Below, in pieces: positions 24,425-36,768 of a stretch of 64,000 nt of DNA. A program made the translations under genes and the position numbers. How positions within the stretch are numbered: the first letter of the stretch is position 1; every line of letters starts with the position of its first letter. The DNA comes from Owenia fusiformis. Its lineage: Eukaryota. The notes under the pieces are model-generated. The model was not told the origin of the DNA. It searched no databases and saw only the letters and a program-made list of their open reading frames with translations. The stretch is taken from NCBI GenBank assembly GCA_903813345.2, contig CAIIXF020000001.1, positions 1,364,001 through 1,428,000 of the forward strand, read 5' to 3'.

Positions 24425-25084
24425 AATAACGTCATTTTTCTAAGGGCAATACTAAACAAATACTGGATGATCAGGAGCTGGATATGGCAGAATACCTATT
24501 CGAGACAAAATATTGGGCGAGGCGGCGTTTTATTATGCACCTCCCAATCAAAGTTAAGTGGAGTACTTACTGGAGTACAGGCTTAAACTGTCGTTTAGTT
24601 GACATTATTTTGACATTTATTTATTTTTTCTTCCGGCGACTTCCGGCCAGTTTATTCGCTACACTGGACGAAGATATTTGCCCCGGGAATTAAATTTTTA
24701 TTTATTCGAGACGTTCTTGCAGAATTATATGTAACTTTTGAATGATAAGGGTAATTGTGATTGATTAAGTGCCTTTTTTTCTTCTATTTTCCGCCAGTTT
24801 CAGATGTAAGCTTTAAGTAGTACTCCAGTTATTAAGAAATAAAACTCTGAAGTGGGAACGTTGCAAAAACATTGAAAAAATATCCAACCCTTTTTCTCGA
24901 AAGGGTCAGATATCAAAAAAATATCCGGCAGTTTTCAGAAAAAAAGCAGAGTATTGCCAAATTACAAGCAACTAAGAACCAATCAGATTTGAGTATTTTA
25001 ATGAGGTGCATAATAAAGTGAAATATTGGACCGAGGGCCCTCGGTCCAAAATTTCACAATATTGCCCGCAGAAATGACGTTATT
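24425..25084. mobile_element. MITE with nested inverted repeats
   Basis: AATAACGTCATTTTTCTAAGGGCAATA vs TATTGCCCGCAGAAATGACGTTATT; inner pair ATTATGCACCTC / GAGGTGCATAAT; palindrome TTGGACCGAGGGCCCTCGGTCCAA near 25026-25049. Confidence 0.55.
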
Positions 25085-26055
25085 AGTAGTATTATAACCA
25101 CCGTTTATGACCAGGGCTGAAATAGCAAGAAAATCTTACGCACTGAACGATATCTATTTCCCGGGGGAAATTGCCGGTCGTTAATTGCATTATTGACCGG
25201 CAATATGGCCCGCCACTATGACGTCACATACTGCTCAAGTCGATATAGTAAAATAAATGCCTTCTAAACTAGCACTAATACCCCTAGAACAGGCCCGGTA
25301 AGGTGGTAATAATCAGGGTTAATACTAAATACAAGTAGAATAAACAGGGAAATACAATTGAAGTGACGATTGCGTTTTTCGCTAGTCTGTGTTGAAATAC
25401 CCACAACGTCAAATGATATGCAGATGGGAGAATCCCGTAATTTTAATTTTTTGCAATCAGAGTGGCGATGTTTACCTCAACATCTCTTTCCTTATTCCTA
25501 TTTTATCAAAATGTTTGGATGTGACCATGTTTATCAGTCAGCTGAACTGAAAAATCGTTTAAAACTCCTAATTCTATACAAGGTGTCCCATTTATGAGAT
25601 TTTTCAAATTCTTTTAGTCGACGTGGAAACACCTAGCGGATTGAATTGAAACAATTCTTTTTCATTTCGTCTTGTCCAATTTTATAAAACCATATTTTTC
25701 TGATTATTAGATGGGAACACCTGGATTTACAGTCATTCTGCACCTTGTGAACAACGAAATTCGGTCTGGTGTTGAAATCATCATAAAAACTATACATCAA
25801 ACATTGCTTTTAAAACATTTTTTGCCAAAAACGATTGCAAAGAAGATTGGAGTGGACACCTAGGTGTATTTCAGCAGAACACAACAGGAAATGAATATTT
25901 GAGTCAGAAAACTTTGATAACATGAGTGTTATTATGAAAACGTTTCCAGTAAACCCCGGGCCAATAGTAATCATTTGAAGATTATTAGGAAGCATTTAGA
26001 GTCGAATCCAAAGAGAAATTGGAAATAAAAGTGAATCAATTTCGCGCGTACGTTT

Positions 26056-26760
26056 AACCCTACTGTCACACCAAACTAGTTCTCACTACGTTCTCGAAAA
26101 CTGGCTTAAAACTGTGTATGAACGGATTAAATGTACTTAGAACTGGTTGGGGTCTGTTTACAAACGTCATGAACGTACTCGAAGGTGTACATATAGGTCC
26201 TCTAGAACGCGAAGCGTCTTCACGTTCTGCAATCAGAACGAGTGGCAACGTACTTAAGATGAGCTAGACGCACTACGAACGGAACTGTCGTTTTTCAACG
26301 AGTGACAACGTACTAATATGGGCTGGACGTATAACGAACGGAATTGTCGTTGTTCAATCCTACTAGGGACATATTCAGAACGAGGAAGAACTAATTGCCA
26401 GCGGTTTTAAACTGATTAAAGACGTAATTGAACTGCTTGGATACATTGTGTAGAAGGTGATTTAGATTTTGAACCATTTCAAAATCCCATTGCGACCATA
26501 CCGTTCTGTAATTAGATCGTGTGACAACATATTTCAAACGAGATGACCTACTAGACTACGAACGTAAATACTGCGGTATGTGTGCACACTGTGACTTTGT
26601 TCGACCTGAACGAACTGGGAATGAGATGGACGTATTGAAGACTGTTCATGGACGAATTAGGTAATTATTTTAGTACATGTTTAAATTTAGCTCCCGTGGA
26701 GTAAGCCCGTTTGGCAATATATTTAATTAAGAACATCATGTTGTGACAGTTAGTTTGGTG
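26056..26760. mobile_element. Copy of the MITE family also present at 37274-38085
   Basis: Begins AACCCTACTGTCACACCAAACTAGTTCTC, an inverted homologue of ~37700-38085. Confidence 0.6.
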
Positions 26761-27254
26761 CAACAGTTTTATGCTCTATGTATGTTGTAACAGTCTTCAC
26801 AGTATACAGACAACGTTTCCAAGCAGTTCAAGTCAGTCCGTTAAGTCATTTAAAACCTCTTTAACTAGGTCTATTTCGTTCCAATGTGTATTAACCCGTC
26901 TCTTTTAGTATTGAAGGACGGCAATTCCGTCCTTAGTAGACCCATCTCGTTTTAAGTACATTATCACTCGGTCTAACTGAAGAACGGCCTTGCGGCCAAA
27001 ACATTTCTTGAAGGATCAAAGTTATGGAGCACCTTCACGCAAGAGGTCGTCCATTCTGTGCATACATATTTTCAATGTAAATGCATTTTCTTAAAAAGTG
27101 ATAAACCAAACGTTTCAAAAATACCCATTAAGATCACGATTTGATGAGTTAAGAATGTAGCCAATCATAGTCGAAGTCATAGTTTTTAGTATTTATTTAA
27201 TCATTTACTTTTTTAATTTGACTGAAATCTTTAGGAATGTTTTTCCTTAGAAGT

Positions 27255-30200
27255 CTATAGAGTAGTAACATTGTCCGTTGATCGTTTCCTGATGTCATTG
27301 GACCCTGCATTCGAAGTGACTTCAACCATAGGGACGTTTCCATTGTTTTCAACGAGTTTATGTGGAACATCTTTATCCATTTCAAATGATTTGTTGTCGT
27401 ACGCCAAGGCTGATTGTGACAGTTTAACAGAATTGTAATAGTTCAAAGCTGGCTTTTTGGATTCTTCGTTGTATGGTTGACTGCAAAATAAGAGTCGGAT
27501 GCAACGTTTTTATGAACAAAAAAAACGTCAATTTCAAGGAAAAGTGCTTCATCTCTTAGTCATGCATATTCTCCAAGTTTATTCACATTGCGCCAAGCAA
27601 CAATTTATGTCAATGTACAATTTTGCATGATTATTTTAAATAAATTTATATTGAAAATTATATTCTTGATGGTATTTCGTATGTTATTTGAAAGGAGCAT
27701 TACCTGCCAAGCCACTCCCCGTCGTTTAGGGTATCGGGAAGATTTAAGTCCATAGTCTCCGGAAGTGCGAGTGTTATGACAGCTACCAGCAGGGCCAGTA
27801 CAGCGTATATGATGGACGGTAGACCACTCCAAGTGGATTCCTAACGAAATCATGAAAACATCAGTCGTTTAAGATTTTCAAACACTTCTATTTTGTATTT
27901 TACTTGTATAATGCGTAATGAAAAAAACAAGCTTAGATCATAATTAACCATTTAGCACACTCTGTGTATCAATCTATATAAACTACAAGTATTTGTACCA
28001 GTCTATTGATCTGTGGTGCAATGAGTCCACCTGCAAAAGCGAACATAGCAGAGGCACAGGCAACGCCAGCCCTTGCGACGGTTGGGAAAGTGTCCACGGT
28101 CCACATAGAGATGGAAGCAAGCATGGAGGTGGCGCATAATTTACCGAACAATGTGACTGCTGTTAATCCTCCTTGCATTGCTAAAAAAATAAATAATTGA
28201 TTTTAATAACAGTGTTCCAAGGCTTATTGTTTAAAGATAATTTATTCTTGGAAATCAGAAATCAAACTACGATGCTTTGTCTCAGAGCCGATCACCTTTT
28301 GTTTGAAAGTTTCTAAATTATAAATATTTGCATTAGGCTGAGACTAAAACCTAAATACTTTGATTAAATCTATCCAAATGAGAGGGCTGAATATATTCTG
28401 TAAAAGAATAGTATAATCAATACGAAATAGGTATTTCCACGGAACGGTATGGTTTTGAGAATACGCACTACTTCGCTATGAGTATAAATGTACATAAACA
28501 TATTCTATTCACTATTGGATGTGAGTATCACAGGAAAACAAACATGTTAATACTCACCATAGGATCAAAGGGACACAAACAACACGTAATTACTCACCAT
28601 TGGATGTGAGTATCACAGGAAAACATACATGTTAATACTCACCATAGGATCAAAGGGACACAAACAACACGTAATTACTCACTATTGGATGTGAATATCA
28701 CAGGAAGACAAACATGTTACTACTCACTATTGGATGTGAGTATCAAAAGGAAATAAACATGTTAATACTCACTATTGGATGTGAGTATCAAAGGTATACA
28801 GATGAAACTTAGAACCGCTGCCATCGCTGCCATAGAGAAACTCCCCAGCTTTCTACCGATGCTTGAGATGAGAAGTATGCTGACAGGGTAGGCCAGTAGC
28901 TCAGTTAAACCAGAGATGAAATCATTAAAATAATCATTATTTCCTACTTTGATTTTATTGGTGAATCCCATGTAAACAAGTCCAGACAACAACCTGAAAA
29001 AAAAGAAAGGAACACAAATGAACGTAGCTAGGCAATCATATTTTTCATAGTTTTAATATTATTGTTGACATCATTTTTTTTGAAGTTTTTACTTCAAGAT
29101 TCAGATTTAATTCTGCACTTTGGGATGTACGGGATACAACTTATCCATTAGTTCGAATATTGATATTAGGTGACCGAAATGCGCTTTATCGATGGACAGC
29201 TTTATTGTATCTTACCAGATTATCCAGAATATTAAGAGACGCTTTCGGAGATTTGGTGTCCGTAACATATCCGCAAGATTTATTCTCCTTTCGTCAGGGT
29301 CCTCTACAGACTAATAATTTAAAACGAATAAATACATTTTTGAAAATTCACCTATTATGACTCACTTCTGTGACATGTATATTTTACTTATTTTGCAAAT
29401 ATTTTCATCCAAAAATTAAACCCAAAATAATTTATCTGCTCAGGTTCTCGTCTTTTCATAGGGCATTGGAAAACACGTGAAAATATTGTGAACGAATTAC
29501 CATCAGTCTCATAAAATTAACAAAAATATTTGGCAAAATAATATACGACTCGCATTTGTATTTAAAGGTAATACATGGAGACATCTTTAAGTAAATCAAT
29601 CCTTTAACTACACAATTATTCTTAATCGGACAAGGTAAGTGTATTGATAAGAGAAACACTTACATTCTCCATGAGTTCTAGGTCCTCAGGTAGATCCGCC
29701 TTATTAACTTTGGCCATGTTGTGAAATAACGCCGTGGCTTGTTCTAAGCGCCCCCGTGTTACAAGCCACCTTGGCGTTTCTGAGATCAAACTGCAAAAAT
29801 AGTTGGTCAGGTCTTACATTTATGCCATATTTTCTTTGGATAAATGTTAAAACACCGAGGTTAGAATCAGAATGTGATATTTCTTTATGTTTATAATGTA
29901 AACCCATTGTGTTTATTCAAGCCCATTTTGTGATAATTCAAAAAGCACTTACAAAAAGTATGTGAGAAAAATTGCTGGAGGTGCTGCGAGTATCATTTGA
30001 AGAGTTTGCACATTCCGAACTTGGTATGCTATTCCCGGAAGTGACATCATTCCAACAGTCATCCATGCGTTCATCAAGACTCCAAATACAGTACGATACG
30101 CAGGACCAACGTGTTCAACAACTGGAATGGATTTAAGAGGGATATATTAATCTGCAAAGTCTGCAGGGAAAGCCAAATAAAGCACATGTTAAGCCCTATG

Positions 30201-33012
30201 GAGTAGTGAACGATGATACCAACTGGTGCTTGGTTCTGTCACGTGGTAACTGACCAACAAATTAACAACATTCTTACCCATAACAAAAGCGATGATGAAC
30301 TTGGCCCCAACGGCCATCCCAAAGAAAAACCTAACGACGACAAAGGCCACATAGTCGGAGGCAAAAGCAGCCCCCACTCCAAATGCTACTTCAACCAGAA
30401 TTGCCACTAGAAGGACTGGCTTACGCCCGATACTACAAGAAAGAGATGAACATATCACTAGTACAATCAAAATACAAAAATAGGCGTATTGCTACTAATT
30501 AATACAAGATTACAAAGTCTGGAGATCTCGGCACATCCCGTGATATTTCTACTTCATTTTCTCAAATGTCGTGAATTATCAGTGTACCTGCTACGTGAAT
30601 TAATAAAAATAGAAATAGTACCGTGGGTACTGGGCGCACATGGTGTTGCTCAAAAGTGAATGATGGCTAAAATGGCAGATAATAAAAAAAATAGACAAAA
30701 TCTTTTGCCGATATTTGTAACAAAATTATTTCATACAACTACTCTACGGCGACATGGCTTTTTACAATGCAGGACACCTGAAATTATTTGTAAAGCAAGG
30801 AAATGGGCAAAAAGTGAATTTCGCGAGACAAAAATGGCGACCATTTTGAAAATAGGCGAGCTTTTGAACCAGGAGTCATAGGGGAGTTTTCTGTATTGAT
30901 GTTGAACAAAAATAACTAAAGACAGGAATCCTATTAACAGAGCTTTTAAAACGGGCCAATTGTTGACAGAGAGACGGACAGACAGACGGACAGACAGACG
31001 GACAAGTACGTGATTGCAATAGCTCACCATGTGAGCCAAAAACGATGAATGTTTTGATTTACATACTTTAGCATGCACTTTTAGGGCAGAGTGGTTTTAA
31101 TTTTCTCTTACCTGTCAGCAATTTGACCAAATACCAGTAAGCCAACTAACAGCCCAGCTATATATAATGTTTCAAGGAGGCTCTTTTTATCGGCGTTGTC
31201 GCATACTAAATCATACTAAAATAAACAAATCGTGCACACTGTTGATGGACAATAAATATTTGCAATTTGCAATAACTTTGAATTAAAGCGTTTCGTTATC
31301 AACAAACATAAGCTTATATTCTGAGATACTCATTTATGTTTGCTTGTGAATACCATATTGGTAACGCATCATTTCAAAACACAAAAAGGAAGTGAAAATT
31401 TCCAGGTGTTCTGTCCAAAGTTGTCAAAAACAGAAATGGAACTTTATGTTAAAGTTATACAGGGTGTCTAATATGTCCCGCACTCCGCTACAGATAAAAC
31501 CTTTACAGGTGATCTTAGTGCAATATACCAGTGGAAAGATCATCAAAAGTTAAATTGTCTCCATTCATCAAGTATTTTCGATGTTTCTCAATGTTTTCAT
31601 GATGTCGTAATTAGTTAGTATGTCATCCTCAAGCAGCTTTTATTGCGTCAAAATATGAAGCGTGAATACTCAGCAATATATCAAAAGTTAAAATTTTCAC
31701 ATTCCACTTCTTACAATGAAGTCTCACCAAAAACCGTTGCCCATCTAAATGCCAAATTGCGAGGTTCATTCTCACTTCAAGTGATATAATGTAGCAATTT
31801 GTGACATACAGATTTATGGAAATCAACGTAACTTTGGATGATCCTTCCAATTATATATCACACTCGGTACCATATTATTTTGGTTTGGGCTGCAGAGACG
31901 GGGACGGGACTTATTTGACACCCTGTAAAGTTTAGGTCTCTTAAAAATGTTATACCGCTTGTCATCGAAGGTAGAGTATTTTTAGCTATGACAGTATCAT
32001 AGTTTCTCTTATCGCATCTGATGATAGATACGTACCCCTTATCAGTATTTGCTATGATTTTGAATTCATTCCGATAATTTAGATATGTACCTGTAAACTG
32101 TAAATGTAGCTTTACATTGTACTGTAGATTGAACTTTGGACAATGGTTAATTTAATACATCGATAACATTGTGTTTGGTTGAAATTTTCTGATACGATAT
32201 CCTAAAAATAAAGGTCAGTAACAGAGCATTGTTGAAACATATGCTGCTTGGAGGCTCAGAGTTAATGAACTACATCTTAAAAAATATTCTAATTTTGTGT
32301 GACATCATAAAAAACAGTTTACACATTATATTAATGAATTGATTTATTAATTAAAGGTAGAAACTTTTTTCCTTTGCTATATGTTTTTGAAAAACATCGG
32401 TTTCAAAAACAGTTGACATTTGTTTTACAAATTTTGACCATCAAACTATGATTTTAATTAAAGATTTTATTATTTTATCTAGTTTTCTCGAACTGTAGTA
32501 TCGATCAAAGCGGGATCGAAATAACATTGGTTTATTTGCAAAATTGGTATATGGACATTTTACTCGAGAAGATGGGCAATCATAATTAACATTAGGTTGG
32601 CTTTCAATTATCTCACCTTACTGATAGCAGTAGAGTGAAACTGACTCTGATCGTAGGACCAACTCGAACAAGAACGTGTTGCGGCATTTGCTGAATCAAA
32701 GGAATCTCTATCCCAAGAATCAAATTGATCTTTTGTAAAGTTTGACCAATCCAAGTCAAACATTTTACAACTGTCATAGACCCAGTTTCCATCATTTCCC
32801 ATTGTCCTTGGGATCGCGATATATTCCTGTCTTTGAAAGGTGTATTCTTCTAATTGAGGTACATAACAATGGTGTTTCATGTCGCCATGGATGTAATTTA
32901 TTGCAACGTTTTGCCATCCTGTTGAAATAGCTACGAGTCCGAGTAAAATAAACGTTGCTACTTGTGCGACACTCGTGTCCCCGATTTTATTAAATATATC
33001 ATCCAATTTCAT
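27255..33012 (-). CDS. SLC22-family organic cation transporter (Orct-like)
   Basis: Exons 33012-32617, 31215-31112, 30432-30278, 30121-29953, 29790-29664, 29310-29216, 28993-28773, 28180-27999, 27840-27704, 27481-27255; motifs YDLVCD, AD.IGRKP, EHVGPAYR, ISETPRWL, DTFPTVAR, LPETMDLNLPDT. Confidence 0.9.
28505..28795 (-). repeat. Tandem 40-45 bp repeat of the SLC22 exon-7 end plus its splice donor
   Basis: CTCAC (GTGAG on - strand) at 28768, 28723, 28678, 28638, 28593, 28553, plus a degenerate copy at 28508. Confidence 0.85.
30607..31042 (+). mobile_element. Helentron-associated (HINE/DINE-like) repeat in an SLC22 intron
   Basis: 5' AATAGAAATAGTACCGTGGGTAC, GACGGACAGACA microsatellite, 3' hairpin GCTCACCATGTGAGC followed by AAAAA. 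Confidence 0.6.
31460..31925. mobile_element. Tc1/mariner-type MITE
   Basis: TA|CAGGGTGTCTAATATGTCCC ... GGGACTTATTTGACACCCTG|TA. Confidence 0.7.
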
Positions 33013-34474
33013 TGTTCCGGTAATCCTATATTATTTGTAAAGTTCAATAAAAATTATTCTAATTGATTGACAATGTGTATTACTGTGTTCGTTATTGAGT
33101 ATCTGTACCGATTCAATCCATTCCTTTTCTATATTGTGAAATTTTATAACGTCGTACGATTGAATCTTATTGTTATCAGCTCGCCAATGTGGGTTTAGTA
33201 TTATCAAATCCACTCTCTTGCTAATGTAGAGCATGCTTCGTCATTATAAACTTCAAATCTAAAGTGTGAGGGTAAACAAATAAAATTTCAAAATCCCCAC
33301 ATTTCGACCGAGAGTTGATAAGGTTATGTTATGGTAACATAATGTATCGAACACAAAATAATTCAACTATAACCACATGGTGTATATATGCAAAACCGTA
33401 TCACCTCAATAATTTAGGAGACTTTGGACAAACGTTTTAAAAAGTACATAATTGCATTGCATTATTTATGGTGGTAAGTGAATCAACCCCGCCTACATCG
33501 GGTTATGAAACATTTTACAGCAAACATATCCGATCTACAATGAACAAAAACATAATTATCTTAAGCAGACATGTCATACATATGATTGTGCCATCTGACA
33601 TAACATTCTTCCACAAAAATTGAAAGCTCTTACAGATGCTATACCTAGAGAAGATACTAATTGATGCATTAAACGTGTCACAATAATTTTGAAAAACGAC
33701 AATGGAAGTCAAACTACAGTAATCGGTTTTTACTAATTTAGCAATTGTTCGTAATTTGAAAATTATTTATTTATTTCTTGTCGATTAGTGAACGATTCAA
33801 ACACTTTGATTTGACAACTATAATATACAAGATAACGACGTGCTCATATAATGTTCCAAATGTAGTTAAATGTATGCACAATAGTTGAGGGAAAACGCCG
33901 AATCATGTTGACATGTCGCTTTCTAGGTCTCATTCACATGAAATGTCGCAGAATTTCTCTTTTTAGCGATCAGTTTTTGCCTGCATAATCTCAACAATGA
34001 CATGATAAATAAATTTGTGGCTTTAAACATAATTGGCCTCTTGACAAAACGATGATGTTATGACAGGTTAAAGGTGAGTGTCTTATCAATTGCACAAATA
34101 CAGTCACGATCGAAAAGCCATATTATTCTGAAAATGTAGCATTGTCACCTGAGGACTGCGATACAACTTTCATGATACACGTTATGTAACTAGACAGGTC
34201 AACAGCTCATTTTTGTATTTCAGATTCTTATTTGACTTCGGATTCGAGCCTAGCAAGTTGAAACATGGTGAAATGGCACAATTCTAAACTGATTTGATAT
34301 CCTGAGTACAAAAGATCTTCAGAGAAGGCGTCGACGAAAAACTTAAGTCCCAGCTCTCGTTTGGACAAATGTTGGTCAGCTTTGCCATCGGATAATTACA
34401 TGATCTTCAGTTCCCACTCTATACTGAAGATGAATTTATGAAACTAAGCTTGTCAATGTACTTCAACACAATTC

Positions 34475-36475
34475 TTAGTTGATATCGTTTAATTCTTTAA
34501 TGCTCAAAATATCTTTCAGTGTTCTTGGCAGAGATAATGATTTAATCTTCCCATGAATATTATTGCCCAGCAACTTCCTCAAAGTATATCTGCAGTGTTC
34601 TTGTAATGGCTTCGGATGACATACGAAGTCACATAGCCAAGATATCTTTCCTGCATATAATGCGTGATGGTGTACATGATCACATGCGTCACTTCCTTTA
34701 CTATTCATCCAATCAGCAGACACATTAATCTTCGCCCCGGATACCGCCAAACAAAGCATGATCTTCATGCTGCCATACGTTGCTGCTACGTCAAATGGTG
34801 AGCATGTAATCCCACATACATTACCATTGATATCAGGGTCTGCATTATGGCTAAGTAATTCTTTAACTATTTCAAGATCACCTTTACCAACTGCATAAAC
34901 CAGTGGCGTATTACCATCCGAGTCAACCTGATTGGGATCAGCGCCTCTGTCTAGTAATAATTTGCAACATATATGGTTTGTTCTAGCAGAAGCAATGTGA
35001 AGGCTTCTACATTGCCACGTAGAGTCTGACGTGAAGCTCAATTCTTTCATAACATTGCTTGCCCCTACTTTGTGTTCATCTAGAGATATAGGAACAAAGT
35101 TACCATCAGAGGTTGACGTGGCGCTACAATCTACAGGAGTTCCAACATCAAGAAGTAATTCAGTGCAAGCTGCGTGGCCTTCAGCAACTGATGCTATCAG
35201 AGCCATTTTCAGATCAAACTGTTGCCTATACGGTAGTCCTTCATACAAGTCCTTCTTTAATTTCGGTTTGGCCTTGGATGATTTAAAAAACATTTCTTCG
35301 TATTTTGTAAGTGTATAATTTAAAACAACACGATGCCCTCTTTCTACTGCTAGGACTAAGGGGGTACGTTTGTCACAATCTCTTGCAGTAATATCAGCCC
35401 CATGTGATAGTAGCATTTCAACACAGGCTTTGTGCCCCCTTCTGGCGGCCCAGTGGCATGCTGTTTTGTTTCTATCATCCACAATGTTCACATCAGCACC
35501 CACATCAACTAGTTGGCTCACCATCTCAACATGACCGTCTATGGAAGCATACATAAGTACCGTCATGCCATCTATATCCTACAAATGATTAAATAATCGG
35601 TTACAGTAACATTTAGTCACTCCAAATTGTGTTCTTCGCGATTTCAATAAGATAATATGTTATTTGATATCAGATTTATTTATTTTATTTTGGATCATTT
35701 TATAAGATGTTATTTGATATATACACTGAAAATATTAGAGCTCCACCTACTCTGGAATTAATTAATGATCCCATAACATGTAGATTTGGAGTCACGTGCT
35801 TTAGCATCTCCGCCATGCAACCAACAGATCCAGATCTTGCTAAAAGATGGAACACAGCTCGTCCTTTCTGGTCTCGGACTGCAACATCTGGGTCTTCCCT
35901 GAGTAACATAGTAATCAGATCCAAACACCCAATTCTTGACGCTATCATGAGGGGAGTTTCCTTTGCATCATTAATTGAGTTAACATCGTATCCATTCTCT
36001 AAGAGGAACTTTGCCATATTTTGCCTTTGGTGCAAGACTGTCGTGTGCAGGAGGGGCTCCGAGTGCCTTTCACTTGTCATTGATAGACTCGGTTCATCCA
36101 AGAGTCTCACGAACAGCTTAAAGCTGTTGACACAATTTGATAGAATGGTGAGTATTGCAAATTGGTGAAGTTCGTGAGAGGATAGCTCGGGATTATCAGA
36201 GATGAAATCATTCAACGAATCAACGTCGTCTGTTGCAAGAGTCGACAGAAATCTAAAAAATAAAAAGTGCAACAAAATGCAAATAAGCAATGCTTAAATA
36301 ATGACTATTCGCACTAATTTTGATAGAATGATGCACATTGCAAACGGCTCAAGTGTTCCTAATAGGTATACAGATGCGTAGAATATAAATAGCATGTAAA
36401 TACATGTATATAGTTTAATGTACTTGCTTTATGGTATACAGGTTCGTTAACCTACCTTGTCGGAACGTCATCCAT
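34475..36475 (-). CDS. Ankyrin repeat and SOCS box (ASB-type) protein
   Basis: Exons 36475-36456 (MDDVPTR, less certain), 36252-35751, 35578-34475; multiple ankyrin repeats (ETPLMIAS, RTPLVLAV, GNTPLVYAV); C-terminal SOCS box PKPLQEHCRYTLRKLL...LSLPRTLKDIL. Confidence 0.88.
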
Positions 36476-36768
36476 ATTTTTAACTCAGTTGCAAATAATG
36501 CCTATTTGATAATCATCATTCCTTTCCATCCAAATCCTTGAGATTGTTCAAACTGCCAATACAAGCTCCTCTGAGTTTAGAAACCAGGAATACATTTACG
36601 ATAACAGAAAGTTGCAGCTTATAGGTAACTTACGTGGATAATCTATCAGGGGGATATAAATAAACCGTACCGATGCGCAGTGGTAGAAACATGGCGTGCT
36701 ATCATTAGTACACTGGCGGTAGATTTTGAGCTACAACACATACTTTGCTCTACAGGTGTTTAGAGGTA

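Noticed and set aside
28505-28795. CRISPR-like regularly spaced repeats
   Set aside because: The intervening sequences are themselves repeated, the unit copies an exon end and donor, the context is a spliced eukaryotic gene and there are no cas genes.
35031-36168. + strand ORFs of 95 and 153 aa
   Set aside because: Antisense shadows of the ankyrin/SOCS exons; the same applies to ORFs opposite the SLC43, iGluR-like, ECHDC1 and LINE exons.
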